Shown here in pieces: positions 19,981 to 31,099 of a stretch of 64,000 nt of DNA (positions are counted from its first letter, which is position 1; the number at the start of each line of letters is the position of its first letter). The position numbers and the translations under genes were made by a program. Under the pieces are notes generated by a model. That model was not told the DNA's origin and made no database searches. It worked only from the letters and a program-made list of their open reading frames with translations. The stretch is from positions 2,784,001 to 2,848,000 of the forward strand of contig OZ253553.1 of assembly GCA_965262715.1 (NCBI GenBank), read 5' to 3'. This DNA is from Bdellovibrionales bacterium. GTDB lineage: Bacteria > Bdellovibrionota > Bdellovibrionia > Bdellovibrionales > JAUICD01.

Positions 19981-22134
19981 ATGAATTTTGTTGACGATAT
20001 TATACTTAATCCTATAGCTTTCAGTTTCAGTGTAATGATTATAATTTCGGCATTTTTTGGATACTTCAAACCAAGCAGAAGACTTCAAAGTATTAAAAAA
20101 AGGCTAGAAGAAGCTATTAAGCTACTTCCAAAAAAAGATCATAGAAATGAGTTTGCAAAAAATTACCAAAATATCATTAATGAAGATTTTAGCAGAGATG
20201 ATTCTATTTTCTCTTATCTTTGGAAGGAGTTTACAGAACAACTCATATATCCATCTCAAGAAGTTATTGTTTTTCAAAATAGTATTCGTCCAGAAAAGTT
20301 TTTCACTTTAAATCATATTCTTGGACAACATAAAATTAACTTAAGATGGCTTAATTCTTTGCCAGGAGTGTTGGTAGGATTAGGTGTATTGGGCACATTT
20401 GCAGGGCTGACTTGGTCACTCATATCTGTTGTTCCTGATCTGTCTGAAGGTGGAAAGAATCTCAATGATGCTGTTAAAACTCTTATCAAAGGATCAGGTA
20501 TAGCATTTGTTACTTCTATTGTAGGACTCTTTTCTAGTTTGATTTTTAATTTTTTCTCAGATCATAGAATGTCTAAAATACAAGGTTTAGTAGATGAATT
20601 CAATTCTAATTTAGAAAAGAGTTTAAAATTTATAACAGAAGAACATCTACTTACTTTGCATTTAAAAGAAATGTCTCAGCAAGGGAAATACTTAGAGAAT
20701 ATGGATGAGAAAATAGCTTTGAAGATAGGAGACATGACCAAACAAATAGGAATGGAAATTAAGAATGTTGTCTCAAAAAGTAACCAAAGTATGTCAGAAA
20801 ACTTTTTTACAGATATTGCTAATAAAATAGCAAACTCGATGGAGGGGTTTTCTAAACAACAAGCAGAAAATCTAAATAAAAACTTATCTATGTTGCAAGA
20901 TACTATTCCATCTTTAATAGAGCGTCTTGACAATTCTCAAAAACAAAATGAGCAAGCAACATCGGGTGCAATTAACAATCTGGCTTCTATAAGTACAGAT
21001 AATCAAAAACAATTAGATCAGAGAAATAAAGAGTTCTGTTTACATCTTGAAAAATCACAAAAACAAAGTGAAGAAAGTATGAAAGCTGTGATGCATAACA
21101 TGTTCTCTGCTCATCAGAATACTCAAAAACAGGCCATTGATACTATGCAGAGTATGAAGAGTGGTCTCGAGAGTGTTACATCGAACTTCAAACAGGGTAT
21201 GAATCAGACTTTCTTAAATTCATCAGAAGAACTTAAAAAACTTTTGGATAGCTCTAGCCAAGTGAATAGTAACATTTTAAAACAAACTAAGGATGCACAA
21301 ACAGTATATCAAACACATCTAGATCAAAAAAATAAAGAGTTCAATTTACATCTTGAAAAATCACAAAAACAAAATGAAGAAAATATGAAAGCTGTGATGC
21401 ATAACATGTTCTCTGCTCATCAGAATACTCAAAAACAGGTCATTGGATCTATTTTTAGCACTATGCAAGGTATGAGAGGTGATCTTGAAAATATCACATC
21501 AGATTTCAAGCAAGGCATGAATCAGACTCTTTCAAGCTCATCAGAAACACTTAAAAAGCTCTTAGATATTTCTATTCAAATTAATAGCAGTATTTTGAAA
21601 CAAACTAAAGATATACAAATAACTTACCAGAAACACTCAGATCAGTTTATAAGTAATTTGAACAAAGCAATAATAGAGGCTAAGGATATAACATCTAGTG
21701 TTAAAGCATCTGCTGAGGGTTTCTTTCAAGCTTCACATCAACAGGCTCAGGTTGCAGAAAAAAATGAACATCTTATTGATTCTTTTGATTCTCTATCTGA
21801 GCAACTTAGAAATATGTCAATTTCTGCATCTGATATGCTTCAAAAAACCCCTCAACTTATCACACAGATAGAGGCATCAAACCAATTTCTTAAAGATCTA
21901 TGGAATAGATATGAAAACAGATTTCAAGATGTTGATGAGTCTGCAAGTCATCTTTTTGAAAAAATCACTGAAGGATTGCAATTAGTTTCAAATCAAAGTG
22001 CTGAACATATTGAGCAGCTAAGTCAGCAATCTGCAAATGTTTCTAATCATTTTGCTCAGGCTGTTGAGCAGTTACAAGAAGCTATTGAGGAAATGAATGA
22101 CAGCAAAAACAGATCACCATTAAAAGCAAGTTAA
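19981..22134 (+). CDS. zorA: Zorya ZorA (MotA-like TM region plus long helical tail)
   Basis: PGVLVGLGVLGTFAGL and AFVTSIVG motifs; long coiled tail. Confidence 0.9.
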   Translation: MNFVDDIILNPIAFSFSVMIIISAFFGYFKPSRRLQSIKKRLEEAIKLLPKKDHRNEFAKNYQNIINEDFSRDDSIFSYLWKEFTEQLIYPSQEVIVFQNSIRPEKFFTLNHILGQHKINLRWLNSLPGVLVGLGVLGTFAGLTWSLISVVPDLSEGGKNLNDAVKTLIKGSGIAFVTSIVGLFSSLIFNFFSDHRMSKIQGLVDEFNSNLEKSLKFITEEHLLTLHLKEMSQQGKYLENMDEKIALKIGDMTKQIGMEIKNVVSKSNQSMSENFFTDIANKIANSMEGFSKQQAENLNKNLSMLQDTIPSLIERLDNSQKQNEQATSGAINNLASISTDNQKQLDQRNKEFCLHLEKSQKQSEESMKAVMHNMFSAHQNTQKQAIDTMQSMKSGLESVTSNFKQGMNQTFLNSSEELKKLLDSSSQVNSNILKQTKDAQTVYQTHLDQKNKEFNLHLEKSQKQNEENMKAVMHNMFSAHQNTQKQVIGSIFSTMQGMRGDLENITSDFKQGMNQTLSSSSETLKKLLDISIQINSSILKQTKDIQITYQKHSDQFISNLNKAIIEAKDITSSVKASAEGFFQASHQQAQVAEKNEHLIDSFDSLSEQLRNMSISASDMLQKTPQLITQIEASNQFLKDLWNRYENRFQDVDESASHLFEKITEGLQLVSNQSAEHIEQLSQQSANVSNHFAQAVEQLQEAIEEMNDSKNRSPLKAS
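21016..21640 (+). repeat. Internal tandem duplication (period 306 bp, 102 aa) in the ZorA tail
   Basis: LDQxNKEFxLHLEKSQKQxEExMKAVMHNMFSAHQNTQKQ at 21016 and 21322. Confidence 0.9.
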
Positions 22135-22158
22135 GTAAAGTCTATTTAGGAAATTTTT

Positions 22159-23031
22159 ATGGAGAAGGGTTCTCATTACAATCTTTGTATTAGTGATTTG
22201 ATTATGGGGCTTTTATTTATCTTTATCCTTGTTTTATTGAAATTTATGCTAGAATTTCAAAGTAAAAAAGATGACCTATCAAAACCTTTGGTAGAAAGAG
22301 GTCATATCATTAAAAATATTAAAAAAGAGCTTGAAAAAGAAGGTATCAAATCTGAAATTGATGTGAAAAATGGAGTCTTAAAATTATCAAATGTTCATTA
22401 TTTTGATAAAGGTCAATATGAGTTAAGTGAAAAAGGCCGAAAAGATTTTGAACAAATAAAAAAAATATTATTTGAAAATATTACATGTTATTCTCACTTA
22501 AATAGTCAAATCACAAAACAACAATGGCCTTCAGGTCTTGAAAATGAAGGACGATTAATTGAATGGCAAAGCCATTGTAGTAAAACTCATAAAAACAAGT
22601 ATGGATTAATTGATTCTATTTTAATTGAAGGTCATGCTGACAAAACACCTATATCTAAAACTGGCAGTTTATCGAAAATAGGTGTCAAAACGAATTTAGA
22701 TCTAGCAGTCAAGAGATCTATAATAGCTTTTCAAGCTTTATCCGATTACGAGGAAGTAAGTTCTGATGAAAAGATATCTGCTGGTAATTACCTTTTTGCA
22801 CTCACTAATAAAAAAGAAAAGCCATTATTTGGAGTGACTTCTTTTGGAAACTTAAGAAGTCATCATAATAAGAAAAGCCGCAATCCTGCACAAATAGAAA
22901 AAGATCAAGGCCAAGATAGGCGTATTGATATCCGTTTTGTAATGGGACAGCCAAAAAACCTTAAGAGCATATCAAATTTAAATAAGAAAAAACCAAAAGG
23001 ACCTTGCGAGGAAAAGCTCAATGGAAGATGA
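22159..23031 (+). CDS. zorB: Zorya ZorB (MotB/OmpA-like)
   Basis: ISDLIMGLLFIFIL TM with conserved Asp; IEGHAD, NLDLAVKRS, RRIDIRF. Confidence 0.9.
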   Translation: MEKGSHYNLCISDLIMGLLFIFILVLLKFMLEFQSKKDDLSKPLVERGHIIKNIKKELEKEGIKSEIDVKNGVLKLSNVHYFDKGQYELSEKGRKDFEQIKKILFENITCYSHLNSQITKQQWPSGLENEGRLIEWQSHCSKTHKNKYGLIDSILIEGHADKTPISKTGSLSKIGVKTNLDLAVKRSIIAFQALSDYEEVSSDEKISAGNYLFALTNKKEKPLFGVTSFGNLRSHHNKKSRNPAQIEKDQGQDRRIDIRFVMGQPKNLKSISNLNKKKPKGPCEEKLNGR

Positions 23032-24529
23032 AAAAAAAATAGAAGATCATCTTGGAAGAATAGATAGAAGTGAAACTTATCACTTAAAATCATTTTTTAA
23101 AAGAAATTATAACTTGAATTCATTAAATTCATGTATTGATAACCTTTGGGCTAAATTATCATCACCACTTAAAAAAAGTAGAAAAGAGATAGAAGGCAAT
23201 ATTAAAAGTATGGATAGAGTGGGTTGTTTTAATGAATCTAATAATTTTGAGGTTAAAAATTTAAGAGAAATTTATAATGAATATCTAAAGCATTTCAGGT
23301 TATACGGAACAATTAAAAATATAAGAAAACTAAGACCTTTACTTAGAATTTTATTTCCAAATAATAAAGAAGGGATTAGAAAAGGTTTATATAACAATCA
23401 AGATCAGTTTGAAGATTTTTTAGACACTTTAATTATAAAAAATAAACAGCTTCTATTAAAACATCTTATATCAGAACTTCTTTATCATTACCCTAAAGAT
23501 CAAACAGACTTGCTATTTAAACGTCTTAGAAAAATCTATTGTCATTTAGATCAAAATAAAAAGAGTCACCAAGTGTTTATTGAAGCTAACAGACAGTTTC
23601 AATTAATCGATGGAGAAGGTCCATCAAAGATTGCTAAAGAAGTAATGGATACAAATAAAAACTTGGATTTAACTTTAAGGAGTCTTTGGATAGGAGAAAG
23701 ACACTTATCTTGTGGTATTGGTCAAGAGATTGTTAAAGAGATTTGCTCATTAGCTCAATCTCAAAATTTGATTGAAGATAGTCAAAGCTTAGATCGTTTT
23801 TTAACATACTTTTCAGTCTCAGTTAAAACAGAGGTATATATAGTCAGGTATAAAGATGTTCGACCTATTGTAAAAACTCTTTTGGGTCCTTTTAAGTACA
23901 AAGTACCAAATAAGCTTCATAAAAAGAAAATCACAAAATTTTTAGATCAGCATGTGGGAGATCCTAGACACAAATCTGAAAAATGGATATCTATGCATGG
24001 AGAAAAAGAAATTTTCTTAAAGTGGAAAATAGATGAAACTATAAAAGATTTTTTAGAATTGCTTTCCTATACAGCGAAAAAAGATTTTGATGTTAATAGA
24101 ATGTGGAAATATAGAAAGGAATTTATTGAATACTATTGGAAGGAAAATCATATTAGTGATGCTTGGATTGTATTAGGTAGAAAGGATTATGAAAACAGAG
24201 ATAAATTTTTGAAAGAAGGGTTACATGAGTATGGACAATTGATTTCTGGAGGAACTTCTTCTCATTCTGCTCTACTTTTTCAAATAGGTGATCTAATTAT
24301 TTCTGAATGGAATTACAATGGAAAAGCAAGAATATGGAAAAGAAGCAATAGATCTGCACCAAAATTTTATAAGCAAGAATATCCCAAAGGAAATTTAGAA
24401 AAATATGCTAATAAAGAAGTTATCCATCATTATTCTGAAGAATATAGTTGGCAAAGAAAAATGAGTGACTATATAGAAAGTTACACTGGAATCACATGTC
24501 CTGAAGTTTTATCGAAAAAGTTTTATTAA
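23021..24529 (+). CDS. zorC: Zorya ZorC (EH-signature-like)
   Basis: Operon position; GDPR....W, MWKYRKEF, ISEWNYNGKARIW, HH...WQ motifs. Confidence 0.8.
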   Translation: MEDEKKIEDHLGRIDRSETYHLKSFFKRNYNLNSLNSCIDNLWAKLSSPLKKSRKEIEGNIKSMDRVGCFNESNNFEVKNLREIYNEYLKHFRLYGTIKNIRKLRPLLRILFPNNKEGIRKGLYNNQDQFEDFLDTLIIKNKQLLLKHLISELLYHYPKDQTDLLFKRLRKIYCHLDQNKKSHQVFIEANRQFQLIDGEGPSKIAKEVMDTNKNLDLTLRSLWIGERHLSCGIGQEIVKEICSLAQSQNLIEDSQSLDRFLTYFSVSVKTEVYIVRYKDVRPIVKTLLGPFKYKVPNKLHKKKITKFLDQHVGDPRHKSEKWISMHGEKEIFLKWKIDETIKDFLELLSYTAKKDFDVNRMWKYRKEFIEYYWKENHISDAWIVLGRKDYENRDKFLKEGLHEYGQLISGGTSSHSALLFQIGDLIISEWNYNGKARIWKRSNRSAPKFYKQEYPKGNLEKYANKEVIHHYSEEYSWQRKMSDYIESYTGITCPEVLSKKFY

Positions 24530-24538
24530 GGAGGATTT

Positions 24539-27500
24539 ATGGCATTTAAAATAGAAAATGGATTTATTTATTTTCAATTTCAAAAAGAAGAGCTTACAAA
24601 AGATATTGAGTGTATTTTAAGTATTGCTCAAGCAGGTAAATCAAGGAAAGAAAACATTATAACTGCTAAGATAAAAAATGAGCAAATAGCTGATTTGAAT
24701 ATTCATCAAATCAAAAAACTAGGACTACCTCCAGTTTATCCCTATCGTTTAAAGATCAGTACAAGGGGAAGGCCTACAACACCAGCTTTCTCTTATGAAA
24801 TAAAATTTTTAGGTGAAAGATCTAGGTCTTTTTTCCATTATAAAAGAAATGGCGTTTTCTTGGAGCTAGATGGTCAGTCATTTACATTAACAAACCCTCA
24901 TTTTAAATTTGTAGAAAACTTAGAAAAAATGTCCTCTAATATCAAGAATCCAGGAGAACGATTAAAACTTTGGTCACAAGTTATAAAAGATGTGCCAAAG
25001 GAAATTGCCTTAGATAATGTAAAACTTTTAGATTTTCAATTTGTCAAATCTGATCGTTTTTGCTTGGATAAGACCTCTGACTATGATTTTAAAATTGTTC
25101 CTCAATTAATTTATAAAAAAGAGAAAGATGAAGATGAGGAAAATCAAATATCCCAACAGCTTCCACAAGGCATATCCAGAGAATTCCAAGAGAACTTTTT
25201 AAACACAGAGAGTGTTGACCCTTACTATAAAGTTGGTAATTATTATATGCAGTTATCAGAACCTCTTAAAGAGTGTCTAAAGGTCATAAAGAAAATCAAT
25301 AAGCAGCCATTAGAAAAGAGATGGGCTTTTTACCAAAGCCCTATGGAAAAAATTAAAAAAGAAATACCAGAAAGTCTATCAGAAGACTTATTGGATGAAG
25401 TATTTTTTGAAACGGAGGAATTTAAAAGTGGTCGAATTTCCCATTTTGGAATTTGGATCCCAAAAATCGGTATTTATATTGATCCAGATGATAAAAACCC
25501 ATGGTTTCCAAAAGATGATTTTGGTATAGAAATAGAAGATAGCTTTTTTCACTTCAATCCAAATCAATTAGGTACCGTTATTGAACAGTTAGAACAGAAA
25601 AAACAAAATGGAGAAGATACTCTTATTTATGAAAATCAAGCCATTCCTGTCAATGATCAAGTGATTTCCAAGATAAAAGAAGTAAAAGATAAAATTACTC
25701 AAGAGATTGAAAAAATAAAATCTCAACAAGGTAAATCCACAAATAAATCTAAAAGAGAAGTTGCTATTATTAAGGATAATATTAAAGAGTTGGTATATGA
25801 AGATTGTAAAGAAAAACGTCCTTATCTCAAAAAACATGCGTGTATTCCTTCAGTATTAGAAACTAAGTTTATAAAATACCCTCATCAAAAACAGGGTTTA
25901 TTTTGGCTACAAGAATCTTTTATTCAAGGACTTCCTGGGAGCTTGCTAGCTGATGATATGGGACTTGGGAAAACCTTTCAGACTCTTGCTTTTTTGTATT
26001 GGTATAAAGAAAATGTTCGAAGTAAAAAGCCTATTCTTGTTGTTGCTCCTACAGGGCTTTTAAAAAATTGGCAAGATGAACATGATATGCATTTACATAA
26101 AGATAGAGGCTTAGGTCGAAAATATAAAGCCTATGGTGAGTCTTTTAGAAAAGACAGAAAAAACACTGATAGAGCAGTAATCAATGAAATACAAAGATCA
26201 GATTGGGTTTTAGCCACCTATGAGTCCATTAGAGATCATCATAAGGATTATTTTATTAAAATTTCTTGGGGAATTATTGTTTTTGATGAAATACAAAAAA
26301 TTAAAAGCCCTTATTCACTAGCAACAGATACATCAAAGGCTCTTGATAGTGAATTTTCTATAGGTTTAACGGGGACTCCTATTGAAAACAGCTTGACTGA
26401 TTTGTGGTGTATATCAGATTGTCTTCATCCTAAAATACTGGGCATATTAGAAGATTTTCATAAAAAATATATTAAAAATAAACATTCTATAAATGATATT
26501 CAAGATAGGCTTTCAAAGAATCCTGCATTTATGTTGAGAAGGTTAAAACGAGATATATTAAAGGATTTACCAGAAAGAAAAATCATTAAAGAAAAAGTAA
26601 ATATGACAAGTAAGCAACAGGAAATGTATGAAGAAGTGATGAGAGATGTAAAATGTAAAAAGTACTCCACTAGCCTAAAAGCTATTGTGTTTTTAAAGAA
26701 GTATTCAGTTTATACTCAAGATTCCATTGAAGATTCCAATGAAGAGTTTATTAATTCCAGTGCAAAACTTAAATTACTTTTTAAGTTTTTAGAAGAAATA
26801 AAAACTAAGAATGAAAAGGTGTTAATTTGCATTGAAAGTAAAAAACAACAAAAAAATATAAAGGGTATTTGTGATGCAAGATATGATCTTCAGGTCAATA
26901 TTATCAATGGTGATATAAGTGGAGAACGACGCAAACAATTTGTTGATGAGTTTGGAAATACTAAAGGCTTTAACATTATGATTATTTCACCTAGAGCAGG
27001 AGGAATTGGGCTTAATATTGTTTCAGCTAATCACATCATTCATTTGGAGAGATGGTGGAATCCTGCTGTTGAGGATCAATGCAATGATCGTATTTTTAGA
27101 ATAGGTCAAAAGCGTCCAGTTTCTATTTATTATCTCTTAGCTGTACATCCTCACTATGGAGAAAATAGCTTTGATATTGTCTTACATAATCTTTTAGATA
27201 AAAAAAGAAAGATGCGAGAACAGACTCTAATACCTTCTGAACCTAATAAATATGAGCAAAATGAATTTTGTAGAATGATCACACATGAAGAGCCTTATTA
27301 TAACAATGAAGGATCTTTTTATAACAGTGAAGAATGGAAAGCTTTGAGGCAGGAAGCATTTCGAGAATATGGCAGTCAATGCTTAAGGTGTGGAAATAAA
27401 AATAATCTTGATGTAGATCATGTAAAACCAAGATCAAAATACCCAGGATTAGAATTAGACTTAAATAATCTTCAAATTTTATGTAGAGAATGTAACTACT

Positions 27501-27571
27501 TAAAAGGTTGTAAAGATTCTCCTGAATGGGACTTTAGAAAAAGAGGGAAAGAAAAAAAGAAAGTAGCTTAA
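24539..27571 (+). CDS. zorD: Zorya ZorD-like SNF2 helicase with C-terminal HNH nuclease
   Basis: DDMGLGKT, DEIQ, TGTPIEN, WWNPAVEDQ; CLRCG..DVDHVKP..NLQILCRECN. Confidence 0.88.
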   Translation: MAFKIENGFIYFQFQKEELTKDIECILSIAQAGKSRKENIITAKIKNEQIADLNIHQIKKLGLPPVYPYRLKISTRGRPTTPAFSYEIKFLGERSRSFFHYKRNGVFLELDGQSFTLTNPHFKFVENLEKMSSNIKNPGERLKLWSQVIKDVPKEIALDNVKLLDFQFVKSDRFCLDKTSDYDFKIVPQLIYKKEKDEDEENQISQQLPQGISREFQENFLNTESVDPYYKVGNYYMQLSEPLKECLKVIKKINKQPLEKRWAFYQSPMEKIKKEIPESLSEDLLDEVFFETEEFKSGRISHFGIWIPKIGIYIDPDDKNPWFPKDDFGIEIEDSFFHFNPNQLGTVIEQLEQKKQNGEDTLIYENQAIPVNDQVISKIKEVKDKITQEIEKIKSQQGKSTNKSKREVAIIKDNIKELVYEDCKEKRPYLKKHACIPSVLETKFIKYPHQKQGLFWLQESFIQGLPGSLLADDMGLGKTFQTLAFLYWYKENVRSKKPILVVAPTGLLKNWQDEHDMHLHKDRGLGRKYKAYGESFRKDRKNTDRAVINEIQRSDWVLATYESIRDHHKDYFIKISWGIIVFDEIQKIKSPYSLATDTSKALDSEFSIGLTGTPIENSLTDLWCISDCLHPKILGILEDFHKKYIKNKHSINDIQDRLSKNPAFMLRRLKRDILKDLPERKIIKEKVNMTSKQQEMYEEVMRDVKCKKYSTSLKAIVFLKKYSVYTQDSIEDSNEEFINSSAKLKLLFKFLEEIKTKNEKVLICIESKKQQKNIKGICDARYDLQVNIINGDISGERRKQFVDEFGNTKGFNIMIISPRAGGIGLNIVSANHIIHLERWWNPAVEDQCNDRIFRIGQKRPVSIYYLLAVHPHYGENSFDIVLHNLLDKKRKMREQTLIPSEPNKYEQNEFCRMITHEEPYYNNEGSFYNSEEWKALRQEAFREYGSQCLRCGNKNNLDVDHVKPRSKYPGLELDLNNLQILCRECNYLKGCKDSPEWDFRKRGKEKKKVA

Positions 27572-27609
27572 CCTTACTTATTTTTTATAGAAATCTTTAT
27601 TTAAACAAG

Positions 27610-28500
27610 TTATTTTTTTGTTGATTTTTCCTTACTACATTCAAAATATTCTTCTATAGATTTTTTCAAATTCTTTTCTATAGCTAATTGATCTGTTCTA
27701 TTGAGTTTTGGTATATCAAGAGATATATCTGCCCTATATCCAGGAGCATACTGTTGTCTTAAACAGTTATGTATTCTAATAAATTTGATTATTGCTATTT
27801 TTTCAGGAATTGAAATTCGTTTATCTAAAAGGTTTCTTAAAAAAGTGTTTAATTTAACAGAAGAATAGTGATATCTATTTCTGTCAATGTTAAAATGAGA
27901 TGAGGTCTTCATAAAACCAACATCTATATAAGTATTATTAGCTCCTTGAATAAATTCACTTCTCCATGGGTGATCTTTGATGTACTCAAAATAAAGATCA
28001 TAAAGCTTTTTTACTTCATCTTTTTTAATATGACAACGAGCTGATTCTAATACTCCTATAAAAAAACTAGGATGAACTTTTATATCTGCTTTTTTGTAGT
28101 CATAGAAAAAGCTGAAAAAACATGAATGAGGCCATTCGCCATTTCCTCTTGGCATATTATCGGTATAAATTGGGGTGTAAGAATGTGAAAATTTTCTTTC
28201 ATCTTTAAAAGAGATAGATTTTTTTATAATTTGAATTATATCCTCTTTTGTGAACTTCTTTTTAAGAAGATTTCCATCTGAGAAATAACCTATAACAAAA
28301 AAAGGATGAAGTCCCTTTTTTATATTTGTTTTTTTTATAATCGAATTAAAGTCAAATTTTTCCATTGAGTCAGGATTTGGAACTTCAGTTGTGTAATCTT
28401 CTAAAAATCGGTTTATTCCATCAAAATCTTTTATAGGACGCTCTGCATGAGATGTAGAATAAGAAAATATCAAATATATTACAAGTAGAATTTTATACAT
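27610..28500 (-). CDS. Secreted hypothetical protein
   Basis: 296 aa with signal peptide-like N-terminus. Confidence 0.65.
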   Translation of the reverse strand: MYKILLVIYLIFSYSTSHAERPIKDFDGINRFLEDYTTEVPNPDSMEKFDFNSIIKKTNIKKGLHPFFVIGYFSDGNLLKKKFTKEDIIQIIKKSISFKDERKFSHSYTPIYTDNMPRGNGEWPHSCFFSFFYDYKKADIKVHPSFFIGVLESARCHIKKDEVKKLYDLYFEYIKDHPWRSEFIQGANNTYIDVGFMKTSSHFNIDRNRYHYSSVKLNTFLRNLLDKRISIPEKIAIIKFIRIHNCLRQQYAPGYRADISLDIPKLNRTDQLAIEKNLKKSIEEYFECSKEKSTKK

Positions 28501-28896
28501 AAATTAGCTTATCCATTAGTTATATAAACATCGACATTTCTTTAAGATATCATGAATAAAGTTTCTCTTTTATCATTAAAAAATTTTAAGTTTTAATATT
28601 GAATCATCCACCATTCGTACTGAAAATCTTGTTATGAAACAATTTTGTAATTTTATTTAAAGTCAATTTAAGAATTCTATTTGCCGATAAAATAAAAAAT
28701 TGGATCAATATAAAAGAGCACAATAAAAGACATTATTTAAAAATGTCATTCTAACCAAAATAAGAGTTATTTAATGATAGAAAAAGATTTAAAACAATAA
28801 TGAATTAATAAATTAAAGAGATTCACCTGATAATCAGTATATCCAAGAAAGTGTGATAAGGAATTTTTAAAGACCTAAATTTATTAAAGTTTGATT

Positions 28897-29109
28897 ATGG
28901 CTGAATATGATGAGCAAATGAAAAATCGACACACTTATACATCAACTGATTTAGTTAACTTTTTGGGATGTTATCATGCAATCTTTCTTGACCTTAAAAG
29001 TCTAATTGATAAAAAATTATTTAAATATCTGAAAACTTCTAAAAGCAATGACTCTATAAAACAGCTCTCCCAAAAAAAAGCTATCAAATATAAAAATGCC
29101 TGTCTTTAA
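28897..29109 (+). pseudogene. Truncated 5' duplicate of the TM0106 nuclease-helicase gene
   Basis: YTSTDLVNFLGC... matches 31264-31470. Confidence 0.85.
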
Positions 29110-29114
29110 AAGCT

Positions 29115-29443
29115 TATTAAAGTATTTGATACAGTGTCAGAGGCTGATCAGTTTGTTCTTGATGAAAAATACCGACCTGGAGAATTTCTTATTCAGGAAA
29201 TTGATGATACAATCCATTACATTTCAAGATTAGCTTAATATGGGTATTCAACTTGATCTTGCTATTTTCCCTTTTAAATATGAATTTAAAGGACAAATGA
29301 CAGAGCTTAAAATAAAGGGAAGCTTTTTAAATCCAGAAAATAAAGAACAAATAAAAGGAATGTTTTTATGGGATACAAGAGTTACTGTTTCTTGTATAAA
29401 CTCAAAAGTAGTTTTCCTCTTAAGGCTGAGTTTTCTGCACTAA
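29115..29443 (+). pseudogene. Possible remnant of a small protein plus retropepsin-like protease pair
   Basis: ..GEFLIQEI.. fragment followed by LWDTRVTVSCI (degenerate DTG motif). Confidence 0.3.
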
Positions 29444-29569
29444 TCCTATCTCTCTTTTATCAAACGCATCTATATATTCTTGTAAAGCCTCATCTTGAGA
29501 TAACTTTCAGAGATGTTTCTCTGTCTTTGACATATTGTCTCCTCAATCCTTAAAGCTCTCATATAAAGT

Positions 29570-29730
29570 CTATTGTTTAAGATTTATCTTGAAACTTACA
29601 AATTTTTCTTTTAAAAAACCGGTTGTAGATACTTTTTCTACACTCATACCAGCGTTTAGAAATTTCAATACAATTTTCTCTATTCCTTCCTGTCGTCCTC
29701 TCTCAATCTCTCTATCTAAATCCTTCTGCA
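29570..29730 (-). pseudogene. Rpn C-terminal-like remnant
   Basis: EIERGRQEGIEKIVLKFLNAGMSVEKVSTTG. Confidence 0.55.
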
Positions 29731-30033
29731 ACACAAGTCTGTTAAAGATTATAAGAGGGTTTCTTATCGATAGATTCCTATTTAGTTTGAGCAATATTAA
29801 ACCTTCATCACTGCCATGAAGTAAGTTCCAAATGACTACATAATAATACATAACAAAATGTTACTTAAAACACTTGACTTTTATTAATATCATATATATT
29901 TTCAAGCACTAGCTTAAACAGGACTTTTTTGATAAACTAAAGAATATAGAGTATTTCAAAAAAGGCCTACAAGTAACCTTGTTTATGCAATAAGTGTTAT
30001 TGGTAAATCGAAATAATTTTAGGTTTTTTTCAA

Positions 30034-30636
30034 ATGACATCAAAAAATAGTAAAAATCGTTTTAAAAATGGGAGATTAAAACAAGGCTTAAAGTTTGTTT
30101 TTAAGCCTTCTCATAAAGAATTTTTTCAAAACACTTCTGCCGAAAGAGAAGAAAATTTAGCTAATTATTATGTAGATAATCCTTATTTTCAAAGTGCTGT
30201 TGATTCGAAATCCAAAAAAGCTTTTTTTGTAGGCAGAACAGGAATTGGAAAAACTGCGATTTTAGAAAGTGTTCGAAGGCGAACATCTTCTCAGCAAAAT
30301 ATTATTTCTATTGATCCAGAAGATTTTGCATTTAAAATTATGGAAGGAAGTGAAGTTTTAAAACAGCTGACTTCTCATCAAATAAATTTAGATTTGTTTT
30401 ATAAAAGTATGTGGAAATATATTTTTGTGACAGAAATACTGAAAGAGATATATGGCAATAGGAAGAAAAACTGGTTTGAACAACAAATGTTGAAATGGAA
30501 TTCAGATTCTAATGCTATGAGAGCATATAAATTTTTACTAGACAATGATGAGTTAGATGCAGGGCTTTCTTTTAATAAAAAAATTGAAAGAATTGTTAAT
30601 AAGTTAGAAAAAACTATTATTGAAGCCAATTATTAA
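30034..30636 (+). pseudogene. Truncated P-loop ATPase (Sll1717-like)
   Basis: SAEREENLANYYV and VGRTGIGKTA; no Walker B before the stop. Confidence 0.6.
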
Positions 30637-30645
30637 GGATGTTTT

Positions 30646-31056
30646 ATGTCTTCAAAATATTGGATTAATCAAATAAAGATCAAGTTTTTAAGTATTTTTT
30701 CAAGCCGTTGGATACCAAGGGAATGGGGTACGAATAAAAGAGGTAAAGTATTCACACAAGATCAGATCCAACAAGTTTGGGAAAAAGCTCAACTCATTGA
30801 GGCTCATTCTAAAGATAAGTTTAGAAAAGATGTTTGTGGCGCTAAAATACAGCGAACAGATTATAAAAATGAATCATCTCACTATGGCTGGGAAATTGAC
30901 CATATCAAACCTGTTTCTGAAGGAGGTGGAGATCAATTAGAAAACCTTCAACCATTACAATGGAGAAATAATCGTTCTAAAGGTGATGAACATCCAGCAG
31001 ATCCTAAAAAATATTGTCGAGTCACTTCTGATAAGAATAAATTTACTTTAAAATAA
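30646..31056 (+). CDS. HNH endonuclease
   Basis: RKDVCG..YGWEIDHIKPVSEGG.D.LENLQPLQWRNNRSK. Confidence 0.9.
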   Translation: MSSKYWINQIKIKFLSIFSSRWIPREWGTNKRGKVFTQDQIQQVWEKAQLIEAHSKDKFRKDVCGAKIQRTDYKNESSHYGWEIDHIKPVSEGGGDQLENLQPLQWRNNRSKGDEHPADPKKYCRVTSDKNKFTLK

Positions 31057-31061
31057 AGCAA

Positions 31062-31099
31062 GTAAAATTAGTGCTTGAACAAGCAGAAACTTTATCCCA
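31062..31099 (+). repeat. 38-bp hsdR 3'-end remnant
   Basis: Matches 712-749 with one mismatch. Confidence 0.8.
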
